From: an uncultured Methanoregulaceae archaeon
GTDB lineage: Archaea > Halobacteriota > Methanomicrobia > Methanomicrobiales > Methanospirillaceae
DNA: 64,000 nt
NCBI GenBank assembly: GCA_963717525.1
Contig: OY970343.1
Location: 224,001-288,000 of the forward strand
Direction: 5' to 3'
The position numbers and the translations under genes were made by a program. Shown in pieces: positions 51,420-62,196 of this stretch; position 1 is the first letter of the stretch, and every line of letters starts with the position of its first letter. Under the pieces are notes generated by a model. The model did not search any database. It had not been told where the DNA came from and saw only the letters and a list, made by a program, of their open reading frames with translations.

Positions 51420-51608
51420 ATGGCAACAGTTGTTTTTGTGGATGATGATTTTCGGCGGATGCCCCGTGCGGATATGGCAAAACTCCAGAGGATTATTGCA
51501 TCCGGCAAATCCGGCGTGCACAAGGTGTCGTTCAAAGACCGGGAGATCAACGTGGAGATTAAAAAACAGGGCGACAAGGTCCTTGTCAGGATCTCCCATA
51601 TAATTTAA
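51420..51608 (+). CDS. Small hypothetical protein (62 aa)
   Basis: MATVVFVDDDF...; GGTG SD upstream. Confidence 0.6.
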   Translation: MATVVFVDDDFRRMPRADMAKLQRIIASGKSGVHKVSFKDREINVEIKKQGDKVLVRISHII

Positions 51609-51707
51609 ATACCCTTGGTGGATAGGCTCTTGTGTCATCACAATATTTATACGTATAGCGAATGTAAAATAAAAGTGACATAATGGAATGATGGGTGTAT
51701 AAAAATT

Positions 51708-52083
51708 ATGCCGGGGAGGAAAGTGCTTTATTTTACCGAGAAGGAAGAGGAGTTTACGAACCTCCTTATCACCGTAGGGCTTCCGAGAATCGTGGCAAAA
51801 GTGCTGGTGTTCCTTGCAAACACCCGTGAAGCGTCATCCCGTGATATCGAGCGGGGGGCCGATCTCCGCCAGCCGGAGGTGAGCCTCGCGATGCACTATC
51901 TCCAGGCACAGGGCTGGATAGAAAGCCGGGCAGGACAAGACAGAAGCGATCGGCAGGCCGCAGAACCTCTTTGCCCTCTCCCGGTCGATCTCCGAGATCA
52001 TCGGCCACATCCAGAAAGAAAAGGAGAGCGAGATCCGGAGAAAGATGGCCTTGGCGCAAAAGATCCGCAGTTACGTGGCCTAG
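51708..52083 (+). CDS. Methanomicrobial winged-helix (ArsR/MarR-like) transcription regulator (frameshift near 51930)
   Basis: VAKVLVFLA...SSRDIERGADLRQPEVSLAM..L...GWI; GRP in the shifted frame. Confidence 0.85.
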
Positions 52084-52140
52084 GTTTTTTTTAGGATATC
52101 CTGAATCTTTTTCTTCAAAGGCCGGCTTACCTGTCCCGGG

Positions 52141-52341
52141 TTACTGGCCGGATTCGTGCTCCGCAGAGTACAGCAGCGCTTTTACCAGAAAATAGGCGAG
52201 CACGGCGGCGATGCAGAGAAGGGCAAATGCAAGCAGGATCCGCTCATGCGGCGGAATCACCAGGGACAGGTATGCATGGTTTGCCAGCATCAAAGAGTCA
52301 TCTTCCTGACGGTTGTTTCTGTGATTTTTTACAGTTTCCAT
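52141..52341 (-). CDS. Small single-TM hypothetical protein
   Basis: 66 aa with one hydrophobic helix. Confidence 0.4.
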   Translation of the reverse strand: METVKNHRNNRQEDDSLMLANHAYLSLVIPPHERILLAFALLCIAAVLAYFLVKALLYSAEHESGQ

Positions 52342-52413
52342 CCATAAAAACGTGTTGCTGGCAGCAGAAGATCCTGCTGCTAATTAAGAAAAAGGGGCTG
52401 AAAAATCCCGGCC

Positions 52414-52974
52414 TTACTTCCCGTGGTATTTCTTTCCGGCCGAGAACGCCTTCTCAATCTCTTTACCCACGCCGAAATAGGTGGCCTGTGCGTAAATGAG
52501 CGGGTTAATTTTTGCAATGTCTGGTTTTTTGTCGGTCAGGCAGGACGGATCGGCATGGATCTCCTCAATTTCCCCGACATACAGGATGTGGCTCCCGCAC
52601 TCCATGGACTTGAACAGCCGGCACTCGATGTTGACCGGGCATTCCTCCGCGAGGGGGGCGGTCCTGAGCCTGCCATAGAACGACTGGAATACCCCGGATT
52701 TGTCTGCCTGCGAACCGGAGACAAGGCCGCAGTGGTCGGTCTCGACTACCTGGCGTGCGGAGGGAATATTCAGGCTGAATGTCTTGTTCTCCTCGATCCC
52801 TTTTGCGGTGTACCTGACCTTGTTGATCGCAACACAGATCATCGGGGGCGACATGCAGGCGACCGTGGCCCATGCAGCGGTCATGTAGTTCGCTTTCCCC
52901 TTCACGTTTGCGCCCACGAGAACGGTGGGCATGACACTCATGTACGGCATCGGGCCGACGGTTACCTTCTCCAT
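52414..52974 (-). CDS. Flavin reductase-like (flavoredoxin) protein
   Basis: PTVLVG...NYMTAAW, FSLNIP, CGLVSG..DK, ECPVNIEC, GSH.LYVGEI. Confidence 0.92.
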   Translation of the reverse strand: MEKVTVGPMPYMSVMPTVLVGANVKGKANYMTAAWATVACMSPPMICVAINKVRYTAKGIEENKTFSLNIPSARQVVETDHCGLVSGSQADKSGVFQSFYGRLRTAPLAEECPVNIECRLFKSMECGSHILYVGEIEEIHADPSCLTDKKPDIAKINPLIYAQATYFGVGKEIEKAFSAGKKYHGK

Positions 52975-53170
52975 CTCGTATTCACCGGTTTCCGGTTCGC
53001 AAGGGAGGGGTTTAAGGATATCCCTGCCAGCGGGGTCGTGACCACAGGCATGTCTTTCTGGCCGGGCCCTGCCGGAAAAAGGGCTCATGAGAAAAGATCT
53101 GTTCTTGTCCATTGTTCAGTTCTGGGGAATGCACTGATTTCGCCGGGGAGCAAAAAATGTCTTATCATTT

Positions 53171-54426
53171 TCATCGTTTTTTTGCAAGAACCAGGATCGC
53201 AAGAGCGGCAAGGACAGGTATCCATGAAAATCCCGGTTCCGGGGCCGGTGTGGTGGCGGGGCCGGATTCATTCCCGGAAAACGCTGGTACGCTCCCTGTG
53301 GTAAGTGTCGCGACGAATGTTGTATTCTCCAGTACTGGCTGAACGGTGGTATTCTCACCTCCTTCTGCGCTGACCTGAGTTGCCGCGGACTGGTTGGCCG
53401 GCACGGTAAACTGATCCCGTGAAAAACCGTACACGTTTGAACTGTCGACCGCCACAACCAAAGAGCCGTCCCCGCTCACGGCTACCGACCGGGATTTACC
53501 GGGTTTTCGGTTGTTGCCTCTCCAAGCAGCGTGCCCTGCCGGTTGTATATATGGATCTGGTTATCGATACTCCCTGTCGCAATGGTGGATCCGTCATCGG
53601 AAATGCCTACGCTTGTTACCCAGTACCCGGCCTTTCCTGTCCAGAGGAGGTTGCCGTCCCGGTCTACGGCAATGACGGTGGAATCATCCCGCCCGGCAAC
53701 AATCGTCGATCCGTCCCCTGAGTACGCAAGGGAGATGATATTCCCGCCGGGAAATACCCGGTCCCAGAGGAGGGTGCCGCTGCCGTGGTACATCCGTATG
53801 TGGTTACCGTTGGGGATTACAATCCCGGTGCCATCACCGGATATCGCAACCGCCGCGGGATTGATTGAGTTGTCGTACCAGTTCGGGACATAACTCAGGT
53901 TGAAGCTTCTCAATGCCTGTACGGTGCAGACAATGATCTGGTCTTTTACCGGGGAGATTTTAATGTCCTGGACGGTCTCTGTGGTATTCTTCCCCAGGCC
54001 GGAACCGGAATTATACCAGGACTGGACGTACGTTCCCCCGCCGGCTACGATTATCCCCGCGTCCGGCGAGATGGATAACGCAGTAACGGTATCGCCAAGC
54101 GACTGCTGCCAGAGAAGGACCCCCTGCCCGGAGATGAGGCGCACGATCTGGCCCTGGGCCGCAATGATATACCCTCCATCTCCGCTGATGTCGAGAGGGG
54201 ATCCAGCCCAGCCTGCCCAGAGTTTCTGCCCTGAGGGAGAGATTGCGATCAACTGGTCCCCCCCGGCAATGATGATCGATCCGTTGTGCGCTACCGCCAC
54301 TGTGGACAACGTCTCACCCGGATTTGCGGGAATCGTCCAGAGCGGAGCAACTGCCTGTACGGCCGGTATGAATATGCAGAACAGGACGAGGATCCAGAGA
54401 AGCCGCGTTGGGGAGAGTGTGGACAT
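53171..54426 (-). CDS. Secreted WD40/PQQ-like beta-propeller with PGF-CTERM-like anchor (frameshift near 53495)
   Basis: Signal peptide; repeated V.IS.DG..I..G; C-terminal PGFSWIPVLAALAILVLAKKR. Confidence 0.85.
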
Positions 54427-54740
54427 TCCGATCAATGAACCGATGGTCAGTATCGGTTAAGAAGTCTCGCATCTGGCTTTGAATCCTGATATTAAATCAG
54501 ACCGGCAACGGGGGTGGGGGGTCGGGCGGTGTCTTTCAATTATACGGTGTAAAAAAGGATCCAGGCCGGGGAAATACCGATGCCTTCCGTTTCATTTTGG
54601 CTGGACAGGGTATTCCCGGGTTCGTGGCGGGAAATGCCCGTTTTGGTTGTCGATAAAACCACCCGACAAGAATCTCACCGGTTAAAAAGGATGGGGATAA
54701 AAAGGCCGCCCGACCCCGGAAAAAGAGGGCGTGAATGAGG

Positions 54741-55013
54741 TTAATGAGAATTGGAGTTTTCCGAAGCGCTCTCCTGTACAACTTTCCGGAGCAACGTGCG
54801 GAATTCCTCATCATGTTGCGCGAGGTTGAAGAAGATGCTTCTCATCGTTTCCGGCAACCGCTCGTTGTTCATGTCATAGAACTGGCAATAATAGGCGCAT
54901 GCGTCAATGATCACGTCCTCGCGGTTCAGGTACTTGAGCTTCGCAATGGTATCCAGCTTATCGACCAGCGCGGTGGGGATCTTCAACGAGACCGCAGTTT
55001 CGTCATAATCCAT
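54741..55013 (-). CDS. Ribbon-helix-helix (CopG-like) protein
   Basis: AVSLKIPTALVDKLDTIAK...NREDVIIDA. Confidence 0.7.
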   Translation of the reverse strand: MDYDETAVSLKIPTALVDKLDTIAKLKYLNREDVIIDACAYYCQFYDMNNERLPETMRSIFFNLAQHDEEFRTLLRKVVQESASENSNSH

Positions 55014-55172
55014 GATTTGAACTGTTCACTGTGAGGTTATGAAACTATTGCCGTGAGGGAAGGGAACCGGGCCGATCCTGCATACCTGTGGGAAGCGCAC
55101 AGTTCTCCCCGCCCAAGGAGACCGGTAATGCCGTGTAGGAACCCGTATATCCGATGAGTGTTTTTTAACATC

Positions 55173-56063
55173 ATGGATGATGCTCAGACCTGGTTCAAAG
55201 AGGGTGTGGCACTGTACGAGAAAGGCGATTACCGTCGTGCCACAGCGGCATTTGACAAGGCAATCGCCATCGATCCCACCATGGCGGAAGTGTGGAACAA
55301 CCGGGGGCTTTCTTTGATCCAGACCGGTGACTACCAGGATGCCCTCAAGTCCATCAATAAGGCATTATCCATCAATCCGTATTACGAAAATGCGAGGAAA
55401 GCAAAGAGGATCGTTCTTGGACTTGTAAAAGAACCGGGGACTGCTGATGGTGCATCAGGAGGATCAGCAGGGTTCCGCCAGCCACCGGTGCCTTCAGCAC
55501 CGGAAGGGAAGAGCTCCCGGGGCCTGACGATAGCCATTGTCGCGATTCTTGTTATCGCGGCGTGCGGGATGGTGATCGTGAAGGATATGCAGGGTACGGG
55601 CAGCATCCTGCCGTTTGCGACCCCGACGCCGACACCTGCCCCGACTCCCGTACCGACCCCGTTACCGACAGTTACCCCTGTCCCGACACCCACGGTGCCG
55701 GTGGTACCAGCATCCGGGGTCTGGGTGGAGATTACCTACGACCAGTACTACTCGGGATCCGTGGGAACGCCCAGCACCCAGCAGCAGCTCTCCGGGAGCC
55801 TGCAGATGAAACCGAACACCGGGACCCAGTTCTACCAGATCCCTCAAAATGACGGATTTATTACTGCATCGGTAAGAAAGAACGATGGGTCCGGCGATAA
55901 CCTGACCGTCAGTATCTACGTGGATGGAACGCTGGTCAAGACTACTTCAACAACAACACCCTATGGTGTCCTGGATGTCACAGCAGTCCTTCCACCAACC
56001 GGGGCGTCGCCCGTTGTTAACAATTCGGGATCCATAAACCTCCCGGCAGGCACCGGGGCATGA
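55173..56063 (+). CDS. TPR repeats + TM + Pro/Thr linker + extracellular domain protein
   Basis: WFKEGVALY..GDY..A...FDKAI.IDP..AEVWNNRG; TM; (TP)n. Confidence 0.85.
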   Translation: MDDAQTWFKEGVALYEKGDYRRATAAFDKAIAIDPTMAEVWNNRGLSLIQTGDYQDALKSINKALSINPYYENARKAKRIVLGLVKEPGTADGASGGSAGFRQPPVPSAPEGKSSRGLTIAIVAILVIAACGMVIVKDMQGTGSILPFATPTPTPAPTPVPTPLPTVTPVPTPTVPVVPASGVWVEITYDQYYSGSVGTPSTQQQLSGSLQMKPNTGTQFYQIPQNDGFITASVRKNDGSGDNLTVSIYVDGTLVKTTSTTTPYGVLDVTAVLPPTGASPVVNNSGSINLPAGTGA

Positions 56064-56420
56064 CCCCTCCGGAGGTCTCGTTTCTCTACCAGAACAAGGG
56101 TGGGAGTGGCCGATCCTGCTAATGGGAGGGGGCGCTCATTTTCCGGAATCCCCAGCACGTGACCCGAACATTTTTAAAAATTATCAGCAACAGAGTGAGA
56201 CATTTTCCGGAATCCTCCACTGCCCGGCCGGACTTTTTCCTGTACTGGCGCAGGGTTCGTCCGGTCTCCGACGGTGTTTTTGATTATTATTGGTGGGTTG
56301 GCCGGTTTTGGTGCTAAACCGTATCGATCTTTTTTTGGAATCCTCAGCACCAGACCCGGACTTTTTCGGAAATTGTGGGGTCGGGCTGTATGCTCAGAAT
56401 TGTGTGATGGGGATATCGTA

Positions 56421-56565
56421 GGGGCTGTCGCCCTCACACCCCCACGCGAGCAGAGCCGCCGCCCCCGACGAGACAATTACCGGAGAATCACGACACCGGT
56501 AATCTGCCCAGCGAGGGCATGGCGAGGCGCCCGAGTGACTCCCTGCAGAGCAGGGAGGGGGTGAA
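56421..56565. repeat. GC-rich nested hairpin element, same family as 37134-37305
   Basis: Starts GGGGCTGTCGCCC; contains GCCGCCGCCCCCGA; ATTACCGG/CCGGTAAT stem. Confidence 0.65.
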
Positions 56566-56752
56566 TCGCTAAACGGAAGAGTTGGGTGAAGAGGAATCTT
56601 GTGATGATGGAACGCCGTTCCAGGTACTTAAAGCTAAATCAGATTTGGATTATTTGTGTCATGAAGGATGTATAACAAAACAGTTCACATATAATTCGCA
56701 ATCTATTTTACCTCTCGAAAGAGAAATTACATCGAACTCAGAGAGAAACCGC

Positions 56753-58465
56753 ATGCCGCAAGCCGATACGATATCCATATTATGTGTCGATGACGAGCCT
56801 CTCTTCCTTGACGCCTTCTCGCAAAAACTTGGACAGGAGGATGGGTTTTCTATCGTCTCAGTGTCTAACGCAGCAGAAGCGCTGCGAAGCATCGAATCCA
56901 GTCATTTTGATGCCATTGTTTCGGACTATGCCATGCCGGAAATGGATGGCCTCGCACTGCTCCGGGAGATCCGGGCACGTGGTTACAAGACGGTCTTTGT
57001 GATGATGACTGCTAAACGGCTAGCCCACATTGCTATCGATTCGATAAATGCCGGCGCTGACTATTATTTCCAGAAGGGTGCAAATGTAGCCGAGGACTTT
57101 CCCAAGCTTGTCGATTTCATACGGAATACCGTCCCTGAGCGGAGCGCCGGAAGGCAAGTGCCGGAACAGGACCGGTTCTACCAGTCGATGATCGAAAGCG
57201 TAAATGATATCATCTGTCGTGTCGCTCCTGATGGCACGTTTCGTTTCGCGAACGAAGCAGGTCTCAGTTTCTTCAAATCATCTCTCAACGATATGCCGGC
57301 AGGTAATTTCTTTTCTTTTATTCCCGAGAGCGAACGCAAAGGCGTTCTCCTCGGTCTGCAGAAGCTCTCCTCTTCACAGCCCGATGTCCTCATGGAACAC
57401 CATATGGTGGGACTCGATGGAAAATCTGCTCTGTTACAGTTGAAGTACCACGCGCTTTTCACCGGCGGCAAGATTGCGGAATACCAGATCTCCGGCAGGA
57501 GCACCGAGGGATTGGTCCGTATCGGCCGCCCGGAACATATGGCAGAAGTCGCGCAGGTATCGAAGGCGCCACCAGCACCTGCTCCTGCACCAAAACAGGA
57601 AGAAAAAGTCCAGTGGAGTGGACTCGTGGAGAGCATCCAGTCCATCGACACGCCTGTCTTTGCCGTTGACAAGAATGGATGTATTATTGCATGGAACCGC
57701 GGGCTCGAAGAGCTGACGGGGATCCCTGCATCAGCGATGATTGGAAAAGGGAACAGTGCATACGCCATCCCCTTTTATGGCAAAGCAGTTCCGATGCTCA
57801 TCGACCATATTATCCGGCCGTCCATGACCTCTGGTGCCGACGTCAAGAAAATTGGGGATACCTATATCGGTGACATGGAACAGGTCGTTATAAAGGGGAA
57901 ACCGATGTTGTTATGGGGTAAGGGCTCCCCGGTTTTCGATGCAAACGGCAAGCTTATCGCAGCCATCGAGGCAGTTACTATAGGCGAACCCCCAAAAGGT
58001 GGAGTAGGAAAGGAAGAGTACCTTGGGGGTATATCGAGCCTTTCGCTTAAAGTTTCCGGAGAAGGAGTTGGTGGTGCAATCGCCGGGGCGATCGGCTCGT
58101 CGTCCGGGGGGTACGGCGTTTATGCCACCAATAAGCGAGTAATTATCATCCGCAACCCCGACCTTAATCCCGAGACTGGTCAAGGGGTCCAGTTCAGCAC
58201 GTTCATGATTGAAGAACTCTTTGGGTCAGTCGGGGATATACGCCAGAAATCTATCGATGATCTCGAGAAATTGAAGATCTTTGAGGCAGAGAAATACGCA
58301 ATAACGAGAATCGAACTGAAAAAACCGGTTCTGCTCTCCGGGTACCTGCATATCACGGCCGAGAACAATAGCTCCTTCAGGATCTATATTGATCACAAGA
58401 AGACATATGGCCACATTGAGCAGCTGATGAAATCGTTCCTCCCAGAAAAACTTCAGATCGATTGA
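56753..58465 (+). CDS. Response regulator: REC + 2 PAS + uncharacterised C-terminal domain
   Basis: ILCVDDE, DAIVSDYAMPEMDG; PAS DIICRV.PDG, VFAVDKNG.IIAWN. Confidence 0.88.
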   Translation: MPQADTISILCVDDEPLFLDAFSQKLGQEDGFSIVSVSNAAEALRSIESSHFDAIVSDYAMPEMDGLALLREIRARGYKTVFVMMTAKRLAHIAIDSINAGADYYFQKGANVAEDFPKLVDFIRNTVPERSAGRQVPEQDRFYQSMIESVNDIICRVAPDGTFRFANEAGLSFFKSSLNDMPAGNFFSFIPESERKGVLLGLQKLSSSQPDVLMEHHMVGLDGKSALLQLKYHALFTGGKIAEYQISGRSTEGLVRIGRPEHMAEVAQVSKAPPAPAPAPKQEEKVQWSGLVESIQSIDTPVFAVDKNGCIIAWNRGLEELTGIPASAMIGKGNSAYAIPFYGKAVPMLIDHIIRPSMTSGADVKKIGDTYIGDMEQVVIKGKPMLLWGKGSPVFDANGKLIAAIEAVTIGEPPKGGVGKEEYLGGISSLSLKVSGEGVGGAIAGAIGSSSGGYGVYATNKRVIIIRNPDLNPETGQGVQFSTFMIEELFGSVGDIRQKSIDDLEKLKIFEAEKYAITRIELKKPVLLSGYLHITAENNSSFRIYIDHKKTYGHIEQLMKSFLPEKLQID

Positions 58466-58730
58466 GAGATTCTGGATTCCAGTTCTGTGCTGGTGCTTCT
58501 GCAATTGTACTGCAAACCCTTTTGAATGGAACGTCTAGCGCTCGCCGCACATGCTGCCAAACCGGTCATACGATCATCAGAACCTTTTGTTTGAAACTTT
58601 TTATAATACATTTGAGTTCAAGAGCACCGCATGAAGTTACTTTCGGAAGTACTGGGTCTTGACAAATAGACTATTTTTGTTATATCAGTGAAGGATTTCA
58701 AAATAGAGCATTACACCATCGGTCTAGGAG

Positions 58731-58805
58731 TGCTGCTAAGGGGATTCGAACCCCTGTCGCGAGCGTGAGAGGCTCGCATGATTGGCCGGTCTACACTATA
58801 GCAGC
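58731..58805 (-). tRNA. tRNA-Glu (CTC)
   Basis: Reverse complement GCTGCTATAGTGTAG...CGAGC-CTCTCAC-GCTCG...GGTTCGAATCC...TAGCAGCA folds as a cloverleaf. Confidence 0.97.
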
Positions 58806-59021
58806 GTAATTGCCCACTAACATGGGCGATGGAGTTACTTAAAGTTTATCAGCCTTGCACCCGCCTTTTCAGGAGAGACGCAAACGAAGACTTACTTGGA
58901 AAGAGGGGCGATACAGCCAGTCTTTTCTTTATCCGGCCGTGCCCGGTTATTGGTGCTGTTCGGCTGCCGGTGCTTCCCCATAAACAAGTATATCCCGAAC
59001 GGGCATCGATTAATATAAGAA

Positions 59022-60137
59022 ATGGCTGGTAGTCTTGAAGAGCAGATAGCCGAGCTGGAAGCAGAGCTGACAAAGACTCCGTACAACAAGGCTACCTCCA
59101 AGCACATCGGGCGGATCAAGGCGAAGATGGCAAAACTTCGCGACGAAGCGGTCTTCCGTGCGATGAAGTCCGGCGGGGGCGGGGAAGGCTACTCGGTCAA
59201 GAAGTCCGGCGATGCGACTGCCGTTCTTGTCGGTTTCCCGTCTACGGGTAAATCCACGCTCCTCAACAAGCTCACCGGTACCGAGAGTGCGGTCGCCGCA
59301 TATGCGTTTACCACGCTCACCGTGGTGCCCGGCGCCCTCGAACACAAGGGTGCGAAGATCCAGCTGCTCGATATCCCGGGACTTATCGCCGGCGCCGCTA
59401 TGGGCAAGGGGCGCGGCAAGGAAGTCATCGGCGTCGTGCGGAGCGCCGACATCATCATCATCCTCGTGGACGTTTTCAACGGCAAACACGTCAACGTCCT
59501 CATCAAGGAGCTCTACGATGCGGGCATCCGGATCAACGTGCCAAAGCCCGATATCACCATCAAGAAGACCTCGGTGGGCGGTATCCGTCTCTCGGCGGTC
59601 GGGACACTCGACCTCGATATCGAGGACGTGCGGTCGATCCTCTCCGAGAGCAAGATGATGAACGCCGAAATCCTGATCCGCGGCAACGCGACCCAGGAAG
59701 ACCTCATCGATGCGGTTCAGGGAAACCGTGTCTACGTGCCGGCGTTCATCGCGGTCAACAAGGTTGATCTCATTGACAAGGAGACCTATCTTGATATCGA
59801 GCACGACATCAAGGACCGGTACGGTACTTCGCCCCTCATGATCTCCGCCCATTCCGGGTACCACATGGAGGAACTCAAGGATGCGATCTACGACTGCCTC
59901 GGGTTCATGCGCATCTACCTCAAGCCCCAGAGCGGTGACGCCGATCTCGAAGAGCCGCTGATCATCAGGATCGGGAGCACGGTCGAGACGGTCTGTACCA
60001 AGCTCCACCGGGACTTCGTGCGCCGGTTCCGGTATGCCCGGATCTGGGGGAAGTCCGTGAAGCACGGCGGCCAGCGGGTGGGCCTGTCGCACAAGCTGCT
60101 CGATGGCGATATCCTCACCATCATCATCGAACACTAA
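59022..60137 (+). CDS. DRG-family (OBG) GTPase with TGS domain
   Basis: NKAT..H, GFPSTGKST, YAFTT, DIPG, NKVD, TGS RIWGKSVK..GQRVG. Confidence 0.95.
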   Translation: MAGSLEEQIAELEAELTKTPYNKATSKHIGRIKAKMAKLRDEAVFRAMKSGGGGEGYSVKKSGDATAVLVGFPSTGKSTLLNKLTGTESAVAAYAFTTLTVVPGALEHKGAKIQLLDIPGLIAGAAMGKGRGKEVIGVVRSADIIIILVDVFNGKHVNVLIKELYDAGIRINVPKPDITIKKTSVGGIRLSAVGTLDLDIEDVRSILSESKMMNAEILIRGNATQEDLIDAVQGNRVYVPAFIAVNKVDLIDKETYLDIEHDIKDRYGTSPLMISAHSGYHMEELKDAIYDCLGFMRIYLKPQSGDADLEEPLIIRIGSTVETVCTKLHRDFVRRFRYARIWGKSVKHGGQRVGLSHKLLDGDILTIIIEH

Positions 60138-60233
60138 CTTATTTCTTCATCAAAGGAGGGACAGCGATTCCCGGAATGGTGTGCCAAGAGACACTCCGGG
60201 CCGCCTTTCTGTTTATGATCCGGCCATCCTTTT

Positions 60234-61382
60234 CTATTCCGGTAATCGTTCACGTTCCTGCGATTTCCACGGATCCCGGATGATCCCAAGGAGCACTTGG
60301 AGCGGGGCGTCGGTCTTTATCCCGGTCCCGGAGAAGTGGGTCCGGCTTGCGCCAAAGCCCGCGGAACGCAATCGCTCCAGCACCGTATCAACCGGGGGTG
60401 GCGAAACGGCAAGCGACCGGGCGAGGAGATGGTAATCATAGTGGCTGGAGAGGGGGAGTTCTTCCCGGCAGGTATCCAGGAGTTTTGCGAGATCCTTTTT
60501 TGTCCCGAGTTCAGTGCCGGCAAGCCGGTCCTGCATCTGCACCAGGATCTTATCGGAGAAAAGTTTTCCCAGGTACAGCGGTCCTATCGGGCGGAGCGGT
60601 TCGTCGCAGTACGGGCAGGTGGCGGATGCAGGTACCATCCCGGGCTGTTCCTCGCGGTAGGCACAGGACGGGCACTGCATCACAAACCCGATCCGGGCAA
60701 TGGTCCGGTCTGCAGCCTGGGCACCCCGGGTGAGCATGAGGTTAAGGCGTACAAAGTGCTCCCGGGCAAAGCAGAAGAGCGGTTCAATTCCCCGGTCGTA
60801 TTTCATCGTTTCCCTGACAACAAAACCAAGGAGGATACGGAGCCCCACCTCGGCGTGGTAGCCGGTGTTCGCCGGGCGTGCGAAGTACCGGCGGATACCA
60901 GCCTGGAGGTGCGCCCCGCAGAGCGGGGCAGTATCCGTTGCAGTTACGAGAAGGAACCTGCGACACCCCCGGATACCGGCATCGATAAAGGGCGCCGGAG
61001 TCCCGAACGGGTCGATATCGACCGCATCGAAGGACTGCTCGTAGAGCAGCGAGCATGCGTCCCGGCAGGTGACAGTGATCGGAAGCCCGGATCGTGCGAC
61101 GTTCTGCAGGATCAGAGGAATCGCCTCAGGGTCCTTGTCGTTGATGGTGACCGGGACCCCGCACTCGTTTGCCACCCGGAGTCCCCGGACACCGGTTGCC
61201 CCCATGGAATCGAGGTAATCGGAGGGTTTGAGTACCGAGAGGAGGAGGACCGTGGCGTCACGGTTGATCTCCATGCGCCGGTTGAAAAAGACCGGGGCCG
61301 TGCCGGGCGGGAATTGTTCCCGGTTGTCCTGGACCGGGACAAAAAACGTTGTTGTTCCTTCCGTTGCCGCGATAACGTCCAT
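60234..61382 (-). CDS. trm1: tRNA (guanine26-N2)-dimethyltransferase
   Basis: VFFNRRM..NRD, GVRGLR, DIDPFGTP, TATDTAPLCG, IGPLY.G. Confidence 0.95.
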   Translation of the reverse strand: MDVIAATEGTTTFFVPVQDNREQFPPGTAPVFFNRRMEINRDATVLLLSVLKPSDYLDSMGATGVRGLRVANECGVPVTINDKDPEAIPLILQNVARSGLPITVTCRDACSLLYEQSFDAVDIDPFGTPAPFIDAGIRGCRRFLLVTATDTAPLCGAHLQAGIRRYFARPANTGYHAEVGLRILLGFVVRETMKYDRGIEPLFCFAREHFVRLNLMLTRGAQAADRTIARIGFVMQCPSCAYREEQPGMVPASATCPYCDEPLRPIGPLYLGKLFSDKILVQMQDRLAGTELGTKKDLAKLLDTCREELPLSSHYDYHLLARSLAVSPPPVDTVLERLRSAGFGASRTHFSGTGIKTDAPLQVLLGIIRDPWKSQERERLPE

Positions 61383-61445
61383 TGCGGGAGAGATGTTGAA
61401 GCGCGTAAAACTTATACATATTCCCCTGCAATTGGTATGAGCAGT

Positions 61446-61520
61446 GGGCGAGTGGCTTAGTCCGGATAGAGCGTTAGCCTCCTAAGCTAATGGTCGGGGG
61501 TTCAAATCCCCCCTCGCCCG
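61446..61520 (+). tRNA. tRNA-Arg (CCT)
   Basis: GGGCGAG acceptor stem / CTCGCCC; TTAGC-CTCCTAA-GCTAA anticodon arm; GGTTCAAATCC. Confidence 0.97.
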
Positions 61521-61635
61521 TCTACGCGATAGTATTTTCCTGTTCGATCGCTTCCCTCCCCTCCCCGCTGTATTGGCATAATCTTTTTTTTTAATAAAAA
61601 ACAGAAATATCCGGTATCACAACAAGAGGCGAATT

Positions 61636-62196
61636 GTGAAAACGGGTATTCTTTGTACGATCGCAATGCTTGGCATCATCAGCCTGATCTTTGTTGCCGG
61701 CTGCACAACCAGTACCCCCCCAACCTCGGGAACCCACGATTCTGCATATACCTCCGGCACCGGTAACGTTCCACCCGGCCAGGACACAATCGCCATGCTG
61801 GTGAACGGGACGTGCTCCTTCAATGCCTCAGTGTACCAGATCACGGCGAGTTCGTCCTCCTCCGGCAACCATAGGATAGATGTCTATGTTACGGCAACAA
61901 ACACCGGGACCTCCCCGGTCCAGCTGCGGTGGTTCAGCACCATTACGACTGCTGATGGCGCTTCATTTGGTGGCCCGTGGGTCTCTCATGGAGGGTACGG
62001 GGCAGAGACAGATCCCATCATGCCGGGAGGCTCGGAGACACCGCGGGATTACGTCACGATCGATTCCGACCAGGCGTACCAAGCATTACGTAGGGGAGCA
62101 ACGCTCCGGGTCGATTTTGTCACCGAACCTTCCGGGAACGAGTCCCCGGTCAGTTTCTCAACCACGTGGACGCTGAATCCTGCAGACTTCACCTGA
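61636..62196 (+). CDS. Lipoprotein, Ig-like (DUF4352-like)
   Basis: Lipobox FVAGC; VTATNTG, IMPG..ET. Confidence 0.7.
   Translation: MKTGILCTIAMLGIISLIFVAGCTTSTPPTSGTHDSAYTSGTGNVPPGQDTIAMLVNGTCSFNASVYQITASSSSSGNHRIDVYVTATNTGTSPVQLRWFSTITTADGASFGGPWVSHGGYGAETDPIMPGGSETPRDYVTIDSDQAYQALRRGATLRVDFVTEPSGNESPVSFSTTWTLNPADFT

Noticed and set aside
55620..55700. Imperfect short tandem repeats
   Set aside because: They simply encode the Thr-Pro linker of a surface protein
58466..58730. Integrated element at the tRNA-Glu 3' end
   Set aside because: AT-rich, but I saw no integrase and no duplicated tRNA 3' end in the window
58825..58845. GGCGATGGAGTT fluoride riboswitch-like start
   Set aside because: No TCGCC partner; the segment overlaps the likely TATA box of the minus-strand tRNA-Glu
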